Shown: piece after piece, positions 39,052-47,621 of the stretch
How the letters are laid out: every line of letters starts with the position of its first letter
Position numbering within the stretch: the first letter of the stretch is position 1
DNA from: a virus
Taxonomy: Duplodnaviria; Caudoviricetes
Virus record (IMG/VR): IMGVR_UViG_3300017909_004107
Location: 32,001-96,000 of that record
Length of the DNA stretch: 64,000 bases
Direction: 5' to 3' (one strand)
Program-made: the position numbers and the translations under genes
Notes under the pieces: generated by a model
What the model was told of the DNA's origin: nothing
The model's database searches: none
Seen by the model: the letters and a program-made list of their open reading frames with translations, nothing else

Positions 39052-39598
39052 AAAGTATATCAATCAATCACTAATCAATCATGAATTTATTTGATGCAGT
39101 TCCAGTAGTAGTCAAAGAAAGATACGACGGTTATGTAGTAGGCGATTCTATTTCAACTAAAGACTTTCAATCAACTATGAATGAGGTTATCGACCGTTGC
39201 GAAAACTTTACAAGAGAAACACTTGACTCACAGACATACATGCAAATTAGGAGAATGGTCAGTAATGCTATCGACCTATTGCTACATGATAGGAGGACAT
39301 TCGACAGCATGATGACTGACATACTTATAGATGATTTATGGAGTTAGGAGGGCGTTACGCAAAATGAAAGAAATATCATTATAAATCTAAAAGTGTTATT
39401 TCTTTCATTCTCTTAGCGGTCATCTTATAAAAGTCAACCAAACTTCACAAAATCCACACAATTCTCCCAGATTCGTGATTATGACAGTATCGTGTAATTT
39501 TTCGTTTATTGAATCGTCCTTACATCATCGTCCACACTTTGAGACAGTTATGCAGGATTTTGAAAAAAGCAAATTGTTACATAATCCAAACAAAAGGG

Positions 39599-39627
39599 TT
39601 GACAGTATGACAAACACGCATTATAAT
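39599..39627 (+). promoter_or_regulatory. Consensus sigma70 promoter with no sizeable downstream ORF
   Basis: TTGACA-N17-TATAAT. Confidence 0.85.
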
Positions 39628-39632
39628 AAAGG

Positions 39633-39785
39633 CATGGGAAGGAGGTTTTAGTTAGCACTGGCAAACAGTTAGGATAAACCACCCGACCAACTCACACGAT
39701 ACCCGAAGCGAGGGGAATCGAATCAGACAGTTATAAACAGTTCTGGGCGGTTCTCCCCGTTTTTTTATGGGGGGCGGTGCCCGTT
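39633..39785 (+). ncRNA. Candidate structured non-coding RNA
   Basis: GC-enriched, several hairpins, only a 5-codon ORF after a perfect promoter. Confidence 0.4.
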
Positions 39786-39886
39786 ATTAAAACAATGGGT
39801 CCTTCTAACCTACAAACGTTTCCAGACGCGAGAGTGATATCGACTTTCAGTTACATCAAATATCAAAATTTTTTTCGGATATAAAA

Positions 39887-40498
39887 TTACCCCACACCCC
39901 GATCATATGCATAGTGTACGTATGGACCTTGTGCATTGACATAATGAAAGAAGATCTGATGATGATATGAGTCTTTTCCTGTAAGAGGTTCTCTCCAATG
40001 ATCTCTTTCACACCCTTTGTATAATACCATATCTCCATTCTTCATACTAACAGAGTTTTCTGTATGATCTGGCAGTTCAAACCATATCGGCCATGCTTCA
40101 TCACGATTGGTGCTGATTTGTACTGTTGCACTGATCTCACAGGATGGTCGATCATGATGTCGAGTCAGTTCCTGTCCCTCATAGTAAAACCGGTCAAAGT
40201 AATATGTGGGCAATAAGTCCATACTCAGAATACCTTCGATCTTTTTCATTAAGGAGTAATGTGTTCTCTTATAGAATGGATGATTGTATCTTGCTAAAGA
40301 ACCATTGACCTGTGGTTCGACTGAATTGAACTCTGTCTTTTGATGTCGAAAGTGTCTTTCAATTCCAGTGATTCTTTGACCCTCTTTGTCAACAGGCGGT
40401 GAGCAGTAAAGACTTTTGAAGTCAACTGCATCAGGAACATAAAGATATCCAGTCGTATCAAATTGTTTTCTTATTTCCATCTTGGACCTACCACCCAT
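39887..40498 (-). CDS. 2OG-Fe(II) oxygenase-like protein
   Basis: LTRHHDRPSCEISAT (HxD), GDMVLYKGC..HWREPL, HQIFFHYV; true start probably MEIRKQ. Confidence 0.8.
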   Translation of the reverse strand: MGGRSKMEIRKQFDTTGYLYVPDAVDFKSLYCSPPVDKEGQRITGIERHFRHQKTEFNSVEPQVNGSLARYNHPFYKRTHYSLMKKIEGILSMDLLPTYYFDRFYYEGQELTRHHDRPSCEISATVQISTNRDEAWPIWFELPDHTENSVSMKNGDMVLYKGCERDHWREPLTGKDSYHHQIFFHYVNAQGPYVHYAYDRGVG

Positions 40499-41088
40499 CC
40501 TACGATACTCTTACGAAGTCCCTCTTTGACCTTTCTGACTCGGTGACGAGTTCTTGAATCAAAGACAATCATCGTGCCTCTCTGTTTAGGTGCCAAAAAT
40601 CTTTGACCTTCACTATCTAAGAATTCAACCTCTCCTCCTCTGTAATCTGTGGGGTCGGATAATTGTAGAGTAAATGAGAGTTTCCTGACATATTCTCCTG
40701 CTTGAATCATTTCCTCCTTTGCTCGATTTGCTCCTGAACGGAAATTTTCTTGTGGTTTATGATAAGTATCTAAAACTGTATCTGAGTGCCAAGTGTAATA
40801 TTGTCCTTCCTGATAATGAGTATATTGTAGAGTTTGACTGTCAATATCTATAATGTCGTATAAAAAGTTATCACGATTAATTTTAGAGACATAATACCAT
40901 AGATACCCACCTATCCAGTGTGATGTGGGGATCCATGTATTCTGACTGTTACGAATGAAGTTATTACTATAATCGCCCTTCAACAGAGAAGGTTGAACAG
41001 ATGTATCAAATTTCTTGATGTCATTCTCTAAAATGTCAATCACTTCAACTGGAAGTTCAGTAAACTCCCAACATACACTATTCGCCAT
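40471..41088 (-). CDS. 2OG-Fe(II) oxygenase (prolyl-hydroxylase/PKHD type)
   Basis: YTWHSD, RKLSFTLQLSDP.DY.GGE, HRVRKV..GLRKSIVGW..GP. Confidence 0.9.
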   Translation of the reverse strand: MANSVCWEFTELPVEVIDILENDIKKFDTSVQPSLLKGDYSNNFIRNSQNTWIPTSHWIGGYLWYYVSKINRDNFLYDIIDIDSQTLQYTHYQEGQYYTWHSDTVLDTYHKPQENFRSGANRAKEEMIQAGEYVRKLSFTLQLSDPTDYRGGEVEFLDSEGQRFLAPKQRGTMIVFDSRTRHRVRKVKEGLRKSIVGWVVGPRWK

Positions 41089-41719
41089 GATTCAATAGAT
41101 AATCTGCAATTTTTTGATGAGCAGGTTCGAGTGGGTGAGTTTCATCTTCTCCAAGAGGACCTTCTTTATATGTATGTCCAAGCATTTGAGCCCATATCCA
41201 GTGATGCTTCATTCTACAAAGTTGATACCAGTAACTTTGCTCATGCATCCAATATCTCTTCTTCTTATTATCACCGCAACAATCAGCAGATAGGAATATG
41301 AGTGGAGTACGATAGTCTACAGCATTTTCAATCAGAAACTTATTCTTATACATGTTCTCAATACCGAGTTGTCGATTGTAGACCCACTTATAATATCTTC
41401 TTCCCTCATAATAATACTTTTCTTCCCTTTTCCGTCGTTCCATCATCTGTATTCTGAACTTGTGAGTATCATTTTCAGTGAAATACTCTAATCGACTTGG
41501 TATTGTAAGTTGAACATAGATTCTATCATATCTTCTTTTTCGAGTCTCTTCAACAGTTCTTCGGGCAATCCAATCATTACTCTGACCACACTCAGCAATG
41601 TTATGTTCATTTGCCCCCAAAGCATCACAGACAAGTTTACTGTAACGTGTATTCAATCGGTCTTTCAACTCATCACCCCATGTGATGCTACATCCTACAA
41701 ATAAAAAATCCATCAGCAC
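41078..41719 (-). CDS. SGNH/GDSL-like hydrolase or acyltransferase
   Basis: FVGCSITWGDEL block I, GQSNDWI, C-terminal THP...H..IA. Confidence 0.65.
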   Translation of the reverse strand: MLMDFLFVGCSITWGDELKDRLNTRYSKLVCDALGANEHNIAECGQSNDWIARRTVEETRKRRYDRIYVQLTIPSRLEYFTENDTHKFRIQMMERRKREEKYYYEGRRYYKWVYNRQLGIENMYKNKFLIENAVDYRTPLIFLSADCCGDNKKKRYWMHEQSYWYQLCRMKHHWIWAQMLGHTYKEGPLGEDETHPLEPAHQKIADYLLNHGE

Positions 41720-42276
41720 ATATTGAAAGAAATAGAGATACGTTTGTCTTCACTCATATTAGGTGAGACGTAATGCTCTAACCAAGATGGAAAGATATAA
41801 AGAGATGATTCACGGGCAGGCATTATACGTCTTGATGATGTGTAATTAGTCAGTTCTTCTTCGACAGTATCATAGTCCCAATCATGATTCATATGTGTCG
41901 CCGGATTACATAATACAAGATCTCCACAGTTTTCAGGTGTCTTCACATAGTATACTCCAGATAACATGCAACGACTGTGAATGTGTGAAAGATTGCTGTC
42001 TTTATATCCATTTATATTGATCCAGACATCAGTAAGTTGAGTGGGTTTCAACCCAATAAGTTTTGCCATCTTATTTGAATGGTGTATAATATTTTCAAAT
42101 AGATCATTCAACATAGGTATCGTTCCAGTTAGAGGATTTGATTGATATCCGCCAGAATTAGATATAGTGCGACCTTCATCTTTTTTTGAGTGATGTACAC
42201 AATATAAGGATATTGCCTTATTGTCTAGTTTGAGTTCAGTTTGATATACAGGTGTTTTGAATACATCATTTATCAT
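41713..42276 (-). CDS. Putative 2OG-Fe(II) oxygenase (TIGR02466-like)
   Basis: SNSGGYQS, WININ, HIHS..LSGVYYV, IFPSWLEHYV, RISISFN. Confidence 0.85.
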   Translation of the reverse strand: MINDVFKTPVYQTELKLDNKAISLYCVHHSKKDEGRTISNSGGYQSNPLTGTIPMLNDLFENIIHHSNKMAKLIGLKPTQLTDVWININGYKDSNLSHIHSRCMLSGVYYVKTPENCGDLVLCNPATHMNHDWDYDTVEEELTNYTSSRRIMPARESSLYIFPSWLEHYVSPNMSEDKRISISFNMC

Positions 42277-42277
42277 A

Positions 42278-42439
42278 TTAGAAAGATGCCTCCTCTACAC
42301 ATACTTCATCATAGCATACAGTGTATGTAATGTCTTCTTTCCAGTATGAAGTGTAAAGTTTATTCCATATGAGACCAAACTCTTCAAGTGTGAGATTTTT
42401 GAATAGAACTTTTTCTTGAAAGTAAATGTGATAAGTCAT
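42278..42439 (-). CDS. 53 aa hypothetical protein (not in ORF track)
   Basis: Own translation MTYHIYFQEKVLFKNLTLEEFGLIWNKLYTSYWKEDITYTVCYDEVCVEEASF; ATGA overlap with the sulfotransferase. Confidence 0.65.
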   Translation of the reverse strand: MTYHIYFQEKVLFKNLTLEEFGLIWNKLYTSYWKEDITYTVCYDEVCVEEASF

Positions 42440-43239
42440 AGTTGCTCTCCTGTACCTCCGATTTCGATAGGACGTTCAATGTTCAATACCTCCTCATCTA
42501 TATACTCAATATTTTTTTGACTTAAATAATCTTTATATGCACCAATTATTCCTTTTCTGACCTTTAATTGTCTTTCATCACTTTTATCTATATAACTTTT
42601 TTCACTTAAAGGAACACGACCAGATATCTCTGCTTCTCTCATTTTATCAAATGTAGATTCATCAATTGCTTGATATAATATATCTTTATCTATTTTAGCA
42701 CCCATTATATTTAATATCTTTTCTAAAAAAACTTCTGGTGTTTCACACAAATCTTCATAGTCTATTACTAATTCGTGATTAAAATTTTTAATAACATTTT
42801 CAAACTTCAAAAGACTTGTTATGCCTAAATCAGATTCTATAAACTCTGATATTGTTCCATCAAATAGTTTTTTTCTATAACGACATTGATGATAAAATGA
42901 AACAATTGTATCATATCTATTTCTTTTTAAAAATATTGTTTTTCCTTCAATACTTTGATTACCTTTAATACCTTGAAGTTTTATATAATTTTGAAGTTTT
43001 ATATAATTTATTCCATCTTCGTCTTCTTCCTCCGATGAACCTGCATGAGTAAAATGTAAATTATATAAACAATTATAACCTCTAGCAAATTTACTATAAT
43101 TAAGTACATCATATTCTTCAAGATTATGTTTTAGTTGAAAATATTTTCCAATCATATATCTCAAATATGTTCTTCCTGATTTAGGAAAAGAAAATAAATA
43201 AATCGAATCACTTCTCAAACATCTGGGTTTCAACATCAC
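42436..43239 (-). CDS. PAPS-dependent sulfotransferase
   Basis: SFPKSGRTY (5'-PSB), RNRYDTIVSFYH (3'-PB), YEDL, KVRKGIIG. Confidence 0.88.
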   Translation of the reverse strand: MMLKPRCLRSDSIYLFSFPKSGRTYLRYMIGKYFQLKHNLEEYDVLNYSKFARGYNCLYNLHFTHAGSSEEEDEDGINYIKLQNYIKLQGIKGNQSIEGKTIFLKRNRYDTIVSFYHQCRYRKKLFDGTISEFIESDLGITSLLKFENVIKNFNHELVIDYEDLCETPEVFLEKILNIMGAKIDKDILYQAIDESTFDKMREAEISGRVPLSEKSYIDKSDERQLKVRKGIIGAYKDYLSQKNIEYIDEEVLNIERPIEIGGTGEQL

Positions 43240-43439
43240 CCAAAACCTCTCGTTTTTTTCTCTGGTATATTTAGAACCTCGACGACTGCATCAAAACCAA
43301 TCATATTAGAATGATTCCACCACCACTCTTGAACCTCTTCCCAAGACTTTACAATAAAAGTAGCATAGTGCTTAGAAACTATCTTATAATGATGCCTGTC
43401 ATAGGGGGCATCTGATGTCTGCTTGAAGAACTTAGTCAT
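43236..43439 (-). CDS. Conserved hypothetical cyanophage protein
   Basis: FKQTSDAPYDRHHYKIV...SWEEVQEWWWN. Confidence 0.65.
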   Translation of the reverse strand: MTKFFKQTSDAPYDRHHYKIVSKHYATFIVKSWEEVQEWWWNHSNMIGFDAVVEVLNIPEKKTRGFG

Positions 43440-43578
43440 TTTGTTTTGGATAGTAGACTTCTACATATGAGTTGCATTTAGGGCAGGATAGGTTTGTTAC
43501 GAAACTATACTGCTCATCATAGTCACAATCATGGTCACCGCCCCAAATGAGTTCAGTCTGACAGTGCCAACAGTTCAA
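43432..43578 (-). CDS. 48 aa zinc-ribbon microprotein (TTG start; not in ORF track)
   Basis: Own translation MNCWHCQTELIWGGDHDCDYDEQYSFVTNLSCPKCNSYVEVYYPKQND; two CxxC motifs. Confidence 0.65.
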   Translation of the reverse strand: MNCWHCQTELIWGGDHDCDYDEQYSFVTNLSCPKCNSYVEVYYPKQND

Positions 43579-43894
43579 TTGCTTTCTCCACGTATACTTT
43601 TGCTTTCATAAGATCATCCAGTTCCGTCTCTCCTGACTTGGAACCTGCACGACATACGTATTTTACCACGTTACCTTTGAAGAAGTCAAGTTTCTGGTCG
43701 GCAATAAAATCCCAAACCTGTATGTTACCCTTCTGATAATGTTGTGGGTCGTGCTTTTTTACGATGGGTTTCCCCCAAAACTCAGCAGGAATGTCTTCTC
43801 TGATAGGATAAGTCTCTTCCTGCTTCTCTAGTTCTTGCTTTTTCTTAGCAAGTTGGTAAAAATTTAGTTCTTCCATGATTATAGTATACCACAA
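43553..43894 (-). CDS. DUF3310 (T7 gp1.7 nucleotide-kinase-like) protein
   Basis: PQHYQKGNIQVWDFI...FFKGNVVKYVCRAGSK...DDLMKAKVY. Confidence 0.8.
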   Translation of the reverse strand: MWYTIIMEELNFYQLAKKKQELEKQEETYPIREDIPAEFWGKPIVKKHDPQHYQKGNIQVWDFIADQKLDFFKGNVVKYVCRAGSKSGETELDDLMKAKVYVEKAIELLALSD

Positions 43895-43967
43895 TACCGC
43901 AAAAATGCAAGTATTTCAAAAAAACAGACGGTCGCTGCTGCAATAATCAAGAATTTTAGTGTTTTTA

Positions 43968-44882
43968 TCATTCGTAACGAAGGAATACAGTATCCATTTG
44001 GATTCCCCAAAACTTGCCAAGTTCTGCATAGTGACTCTTAATCTTGGTTTTGATGTCCGTGTTCATCAATTTTTCAACCTGCGTCATGGTTGAACAATAG
44101 AAGATAATCAGTGCTTTCTTCTTATTGTTCTCCATACACTCAACAAAGGCAGATGAAATGGCAGTACGGTCCCATCCATCCAATGTGCGAGGTTCTGTAA
44201 TAACGTGGTCTTTGTAGTCCTCCAGATTCTCAAAGTTGATACGTTGACTGGCAAGTTCTCCAGTAGTATAAGTTCGCATGGGTTTCATGCGCCCACCAAC
44301 AACTCCATGGTGTGAGATCCACTGCCCAATGGTTTTGCGAGAGATGTGTGGATAAGTTTCAACAAATTCATCAAGAATGTCATCTGTTGGTTTAGGGTCA
44401 AGACCTTCAGATTGACGCTCTTCCATCAACTCATACAATTCTTTCCGAACATCATTACTCTTTACAGCAGTCTTTTCTACGTCCTGCTTGTTCAGAAGAT
44501 TGCCAAGTCGAATAGCATTAGACTTTTTACCTCCCAACTGAGTGTCAAAATTGACAATACAAGCGTTAGACTTGAAAATGTTAATTTTTACCTTAATCTC
44601 AGCAGTGTGGTTGCCATCCAGAAGTTTAACTTCATTCTCATCTGGAAAATAAACACAGGTGAGATCTTCAAGTTTGCTAGTATCTCCAGATTGTTTGATT
44701 TTGTTGGAGATACGCTCTACAAAATCAATGTCGCGGTCAACATCTCTAACCTGAACACGTTTGTCACGATTAGGAATAAATTCACCGTCGTTCATTTTGT
44801 GAAAAAATTGAGTGATATCAATCTCTTCGCGTGGATATTCACCAGAACGAATTTGGTCAGCAAGTTGTTGAATGGGGTTCAT
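43968..44882 (-). CDS. Protein with ParB/Srx-like N-terminal motif
   Basis: VQVRD...LLDGNHTAE; helical C-terminal part. Confidence 0.5.
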   Translation of the reverse strand: MNPIQQLADQIRSGEYPREEIDITQFFHKMNDGEFIPNRDKRVQVRDVDRDIDFVERISNKIKQSGDTSKLEDLTCVYFPDENEVKLLDGNHTAEIKVKINIFKSNACIVNFDTQLGGKKSNAIRLGNLLNKQDVEKTAVKSNDVRKELYELMEERQSEGLDPKPTDDILDEFVETYPHISRKTIGQWISHHGVVGGRMKPMRTYTTGELASQRINFENLEDYKDHVITEPRTLDGWDRTAISSAFVECMENNKKKALIIFYCSTMTQVEKLMNTDIKTKIKSHYAELGKFWGIQMDTVFLRYE

Positions 44883-44946
44883 TGATTTGTTTGAACTGAA
44901 GTTAGTATAGGGTCAATAGGTGGGAGCATTGCTCCCTATGGGACAC

Positions 44947-45456
44947 TTATTGAACTGGCACATACATCTGACCATACTTGCCGAATACCTCTTTGAATCG
45001 GTCCATATCTTTACCCAGATAGATGATGGCAGATTGAAATGGTGCAGCACTAGCAGCAGCACCAAACCTTAGACGCTTGTTTACAGCAATCCAAGGATAT
45101 TTGGTGATTGCTCTCCACCATTTGGTAGAAACATCCAGTTTGATGAGAAGAACCATTTCTTTTGCATTTCCAGATTCATACTGGAGTGCAGCATAAGGAA
45201 CCCAAGTTTTAGAATCAGAATATGGATGATTCATAAAAACTTTTCCCAACCACGGATGTGCTAAACCGTTGGTTTCTTCAGTATAAAGAACCTTGGCAGG
45301 TACATTCGGATTGTTGACATCATTACAACACGGGTCAGTATCAATCTGCCCGTCGAAGAACTTAACAACGTCGCCAACAAATTCGACAGGAGTGTTCCAA
45401 CAATCAGTACGATTGCCCGTAGTTGCTGTTAGTGCCTTGAGTGCAGTTGATGTCAT
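44947..45456 (-). CDS. Phage Dam-like DNA N6-adenine methyltransferase
   Basis: DCWNTP, DTDPC, TNGLAHPW.GKVFMNHPYS (NPPY variant), RLRF, APFQSAIIY. Confidence 0.82.
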   Translation of the reverse strand: MTSTALKALTATTGNRTDCWNTPVEFVGDVVKFFDGQIDTDPCCNDVNNPNVPAKVLYTEETNGLAHPWLGKVFMNHPYSDSKTWVPYAALQYESGNAKEMVLLIKLDVSTKWWRAITKYPWIAVNKRLRFGAAASAAPFQSAIIYLGKDMDRFKEVFGKYGQMYVPVQ

Positions 45457-45869
45457 TGATAGGTATACTCTTGAACAAATTGATCGTGATTGATGATACG
45501 AACGTCTGGATAGATAGACTTCATTTTAGCACGGAAATCGTCAGAAAGATAGTAATCTTTCCACTTCCATGCTTTATCTGGTCCAGCAACAATAATCGTT
45601 GCAGATTTATATCCATGGTCATCAATCGCATGTTGCAATTTCATGAACTCAAAAGGAATTTTCTCCTCTGCTGTTCCTTGAACACGTTGATACTTTAGAC
45701 TGATAAGTTCAATTTTGTTGATAACAATGTCACAGTAATGTTTGCCACCATTACGTTTTGCACCAATCATAACTTGTGACTCTACTTCATGGTCACTGAA
45801 TTGTTCTAGAAGATTCTCAACTTCTGTTTCATATTTAGTTCCTGTTGTAGTATTACGAGACATAATCAA
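45453..45869 (-). CDS. PD-(D/E)xK nuclease-like protein
   Basis: GTKYETEV...YCDIVI...ISLKYQRVQGTAEEKIPFE; ATGA overlap with the Dam-like gene. Confidence 0.65.
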   Translation of the reverse strand: MIMSRNTTTGTKYETEVENLLEQFSDHEVESQVMIGAKRNGGKHYCDIVINKIELISLKYQRVQGTAEEKIPFEFMKLQHAIDDHGYKSATIIVAGPDKAWKWKDYYLSDDFRAKMKSIYPDVRIINHDQFVQEYTYQ

Positions 45870-45916
45870 TATAACTTACAATATGTTAATTATAACACAA
45901 AAAAAGACTTTTGCAA

Positions 45917-46156
45917 CTATTTTCTGACGACTACGATGTCTCCTTCGCCATCATCTTCGTCTTCATCTTCGGATGCATGAAAAATTAGCAGTTCAGTACC
46001 GCTTTGAACGTCTCTCATCTCTGGGTGAACGTTAGATTTCATCGGTTTTCCCATTTCACTGAAGACAAACGTCATACTTCTCCACATAAAGACGAGTGCA
46101 GAGACCAAAGTTACCATGAAAAGTAGAAAATAGAGAAAAATGACGGTTGAATTCAT
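45917..46156 (-). CDS. Small membrane protein (DUF2973-like)
   Basis: N-terminal TM helix, HPEM motif, acidic tail. Confidence 0.55.
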   Translation of the reverse strand: MNSTVIFLYFLLFMVTLVSALVFMWRSMTFVFSEMGKPMKSNVHPEMRDVQSGTELLIFHASEDEDEDDGEGDIVVVRK

Positions 46157-46518
46157 TATCTAATCATAGATTTGAGTTTGAGAAGCATATCTCCTTCGAT
46201 TTTGTCCAAAATATTAACATTGAGGTCCATAAAAGGTGGAATTATCCCTAACATTCTGAGTAAACCATCTACAAACAAGGCAAGTGTTGTAAATCCAAGT
46301 ATCATACTGATGACAGTAGCATCTCGATTGTGTTTTTTCATCGATGCTTCATCAATTTCTCTTGCTTTTGCCACCGCACCGGCAATCAGAGCATCAACCT
46401 CCTCGGTTGTGTACACTGTTTTTGGCATTTTGAACTGTACATTAGCAAAGTTATCCGAAACTGGAAAATGTTTGACGAATTTGTTGATCATAGTTACTTG
46501 AGAAGGAGATTTGCCCAC
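46156..46518 (-). CDS. Conserved hypothetical membrane protein
   Basis: KHNRDATVISMILGFTTLALFVDGLLRMLGIIPPF. Confidence 0.6.
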   Translation of the reverse strand: MGKSPSQVTMINKFVKHFPVSDNFANVQFKMPKTVYTTEEVDALIAGAVAKAREIDEASMKKHNRDATVISMILGFTTLALFVDGLLRMLGIIPPFMDLNVNILDKIEGDMLLKLKSMIR

Positions 46519-46551
46519 GCTGCAATCACTAAGAGTGTCAGACAGAGTTGA

Positions 46552-47592
46552 TTATACCTCATAGTTGTACGGTTTTCCCCAGTATAGCGGTAAACTGCCA
46601 TACCTGTCCACCCATTGTTGGTAAACTGGGAAAAATGGTTTGACTTGATTGTATAATTCGTCTCGTAACCAATATTTATCAGATGACCACTGGTCCATTA
46701 GACCCGCATACTTCGGAGCGTTTGGTCCACGGTCAGGACAATAGACATTTTCATGTATATTTTTGATGTCATAGTCTAGGAAGTCGGATAACCGTTGCTT
46801 TTCTCTCTCTTGTTTGTCGCCCTCCCACAATTGTTCCATTATGATGACATGAAGTGGACAAATCTTCTCCCATTTGTCAATAATTCTAAAATAACTGGAT
46901 TGATTAGTCCTCTTGATGAAATCGTAAAATAGTTTGTGTTGCTCTTCTTCTGTGCCCCCATCTGGTTGATCCTCATAATTCCGCAATCCGCATCGTCCAC
47001 TTGCTTCTGACCATAAACGACGAATTGGGTCTCTCACAATCATGACTGCTTTGACATCAAAATATTCAGAGAGTCTCTCAACCAATTTATGACAAAATTC
47101 TTCTGGCATCCAAGCATTTGCATTAGAAAAATCACCAACTGCTTTATATGGGCAATTATTTTCCTGTAAGGTCTCCCAGAGTCTTTTATAGTAATTGATA
47201 TACTTTTCTAGGGAGAGGGGTAGTGAAGTGTAGTCATCTATTTCTTCTTGAGTCAAAAAAAGGTCTTTTTTTACTTCTGGAATACGACATTTTTCTTCTG
47301 GAATACGACTACTGACATTATGATAAAATTTTCTATTACTGAACTTGAATGCACCAGTCAACAAAGCACGACCCACAACATAATCACTAGTTATACCGTA
47401 TGCCTTGAAACGTTTTCGATGTTCTAATCTCTTCTTTAGTCTATCAGCAGGTTTTTCTGCTATAAGTGGAAGATATTCGCAATCTTTCGCAATTCCTACA
47501 TGCAAGTACTGATTATCTGCTTGAAGAGTATACCAAAGAGGAGTGGTTGCCGACCACCCAATGCCTAGACTTATCACAAAAGTCGGTTTCAA
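46552..47592 (-). CDS. Divergent sulfotransferase-like (P-loop) protein
   Basis: GIGWSATTPLWYTL, IVRDPIRRLWS, LSDFLDY. Confidence 0.65.
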   Translation of the reverse strand: MKPTFVISLGIGWSATTPLWYTLQADNQYLHVGIAKDCEYLPLIAEKPADRLKKRLEHRKRFKAYGITSDYVVGRALLTGAFKFSNRKFYHNVSSRIPEEKCRIPEVKKDLFLTQEEIDDYTSLPLSLEKYINYYKRLWETLQENNCPYKAVGDFSNANAWMPEEFCHKLVERLSEYFDVKAVMIVRDPIRRLWSEASGRCGLRNYEDQPDGGTEEEQHKLFYDFIKRTNQSSYFRIIDKWEKICPLHVIIMEQLWEGDKQEREKQRLSDFLDYDIKNIHENVYCPDRGPNAPKYAGLMDQWSSDKYWLRDELYNQVKPFFPVYQQWVDRYGSLPLYWGKPYNYEV

Positions 47593-47621
47593 AATAAATA
47601 AAAATACTATACCAAATATAT

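Larger units (their letters stand above)
34209..39347 (+). other. Array of ~20 small early ORFs: 34209-34349, 34358-34579, 34564-34767, 34860-35111, 35108-35299, 35296-35448, 35445-35615, 35612-35839, 35906-36208, 36295-36510, 36593-36760, 36825-37166, 37243-37392, 37405-37584, 37575-37769, 37861-38073, 38146-38487, 38565-39020, 39081-39347
   Basis: All on the + strand, tightly packed, many with their own -10 box and TCAA-repeat leader; five (34209, 35296, 35445, 37243, 37405) translated by me because they are below the track cut-off. Confidence 0.75.
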
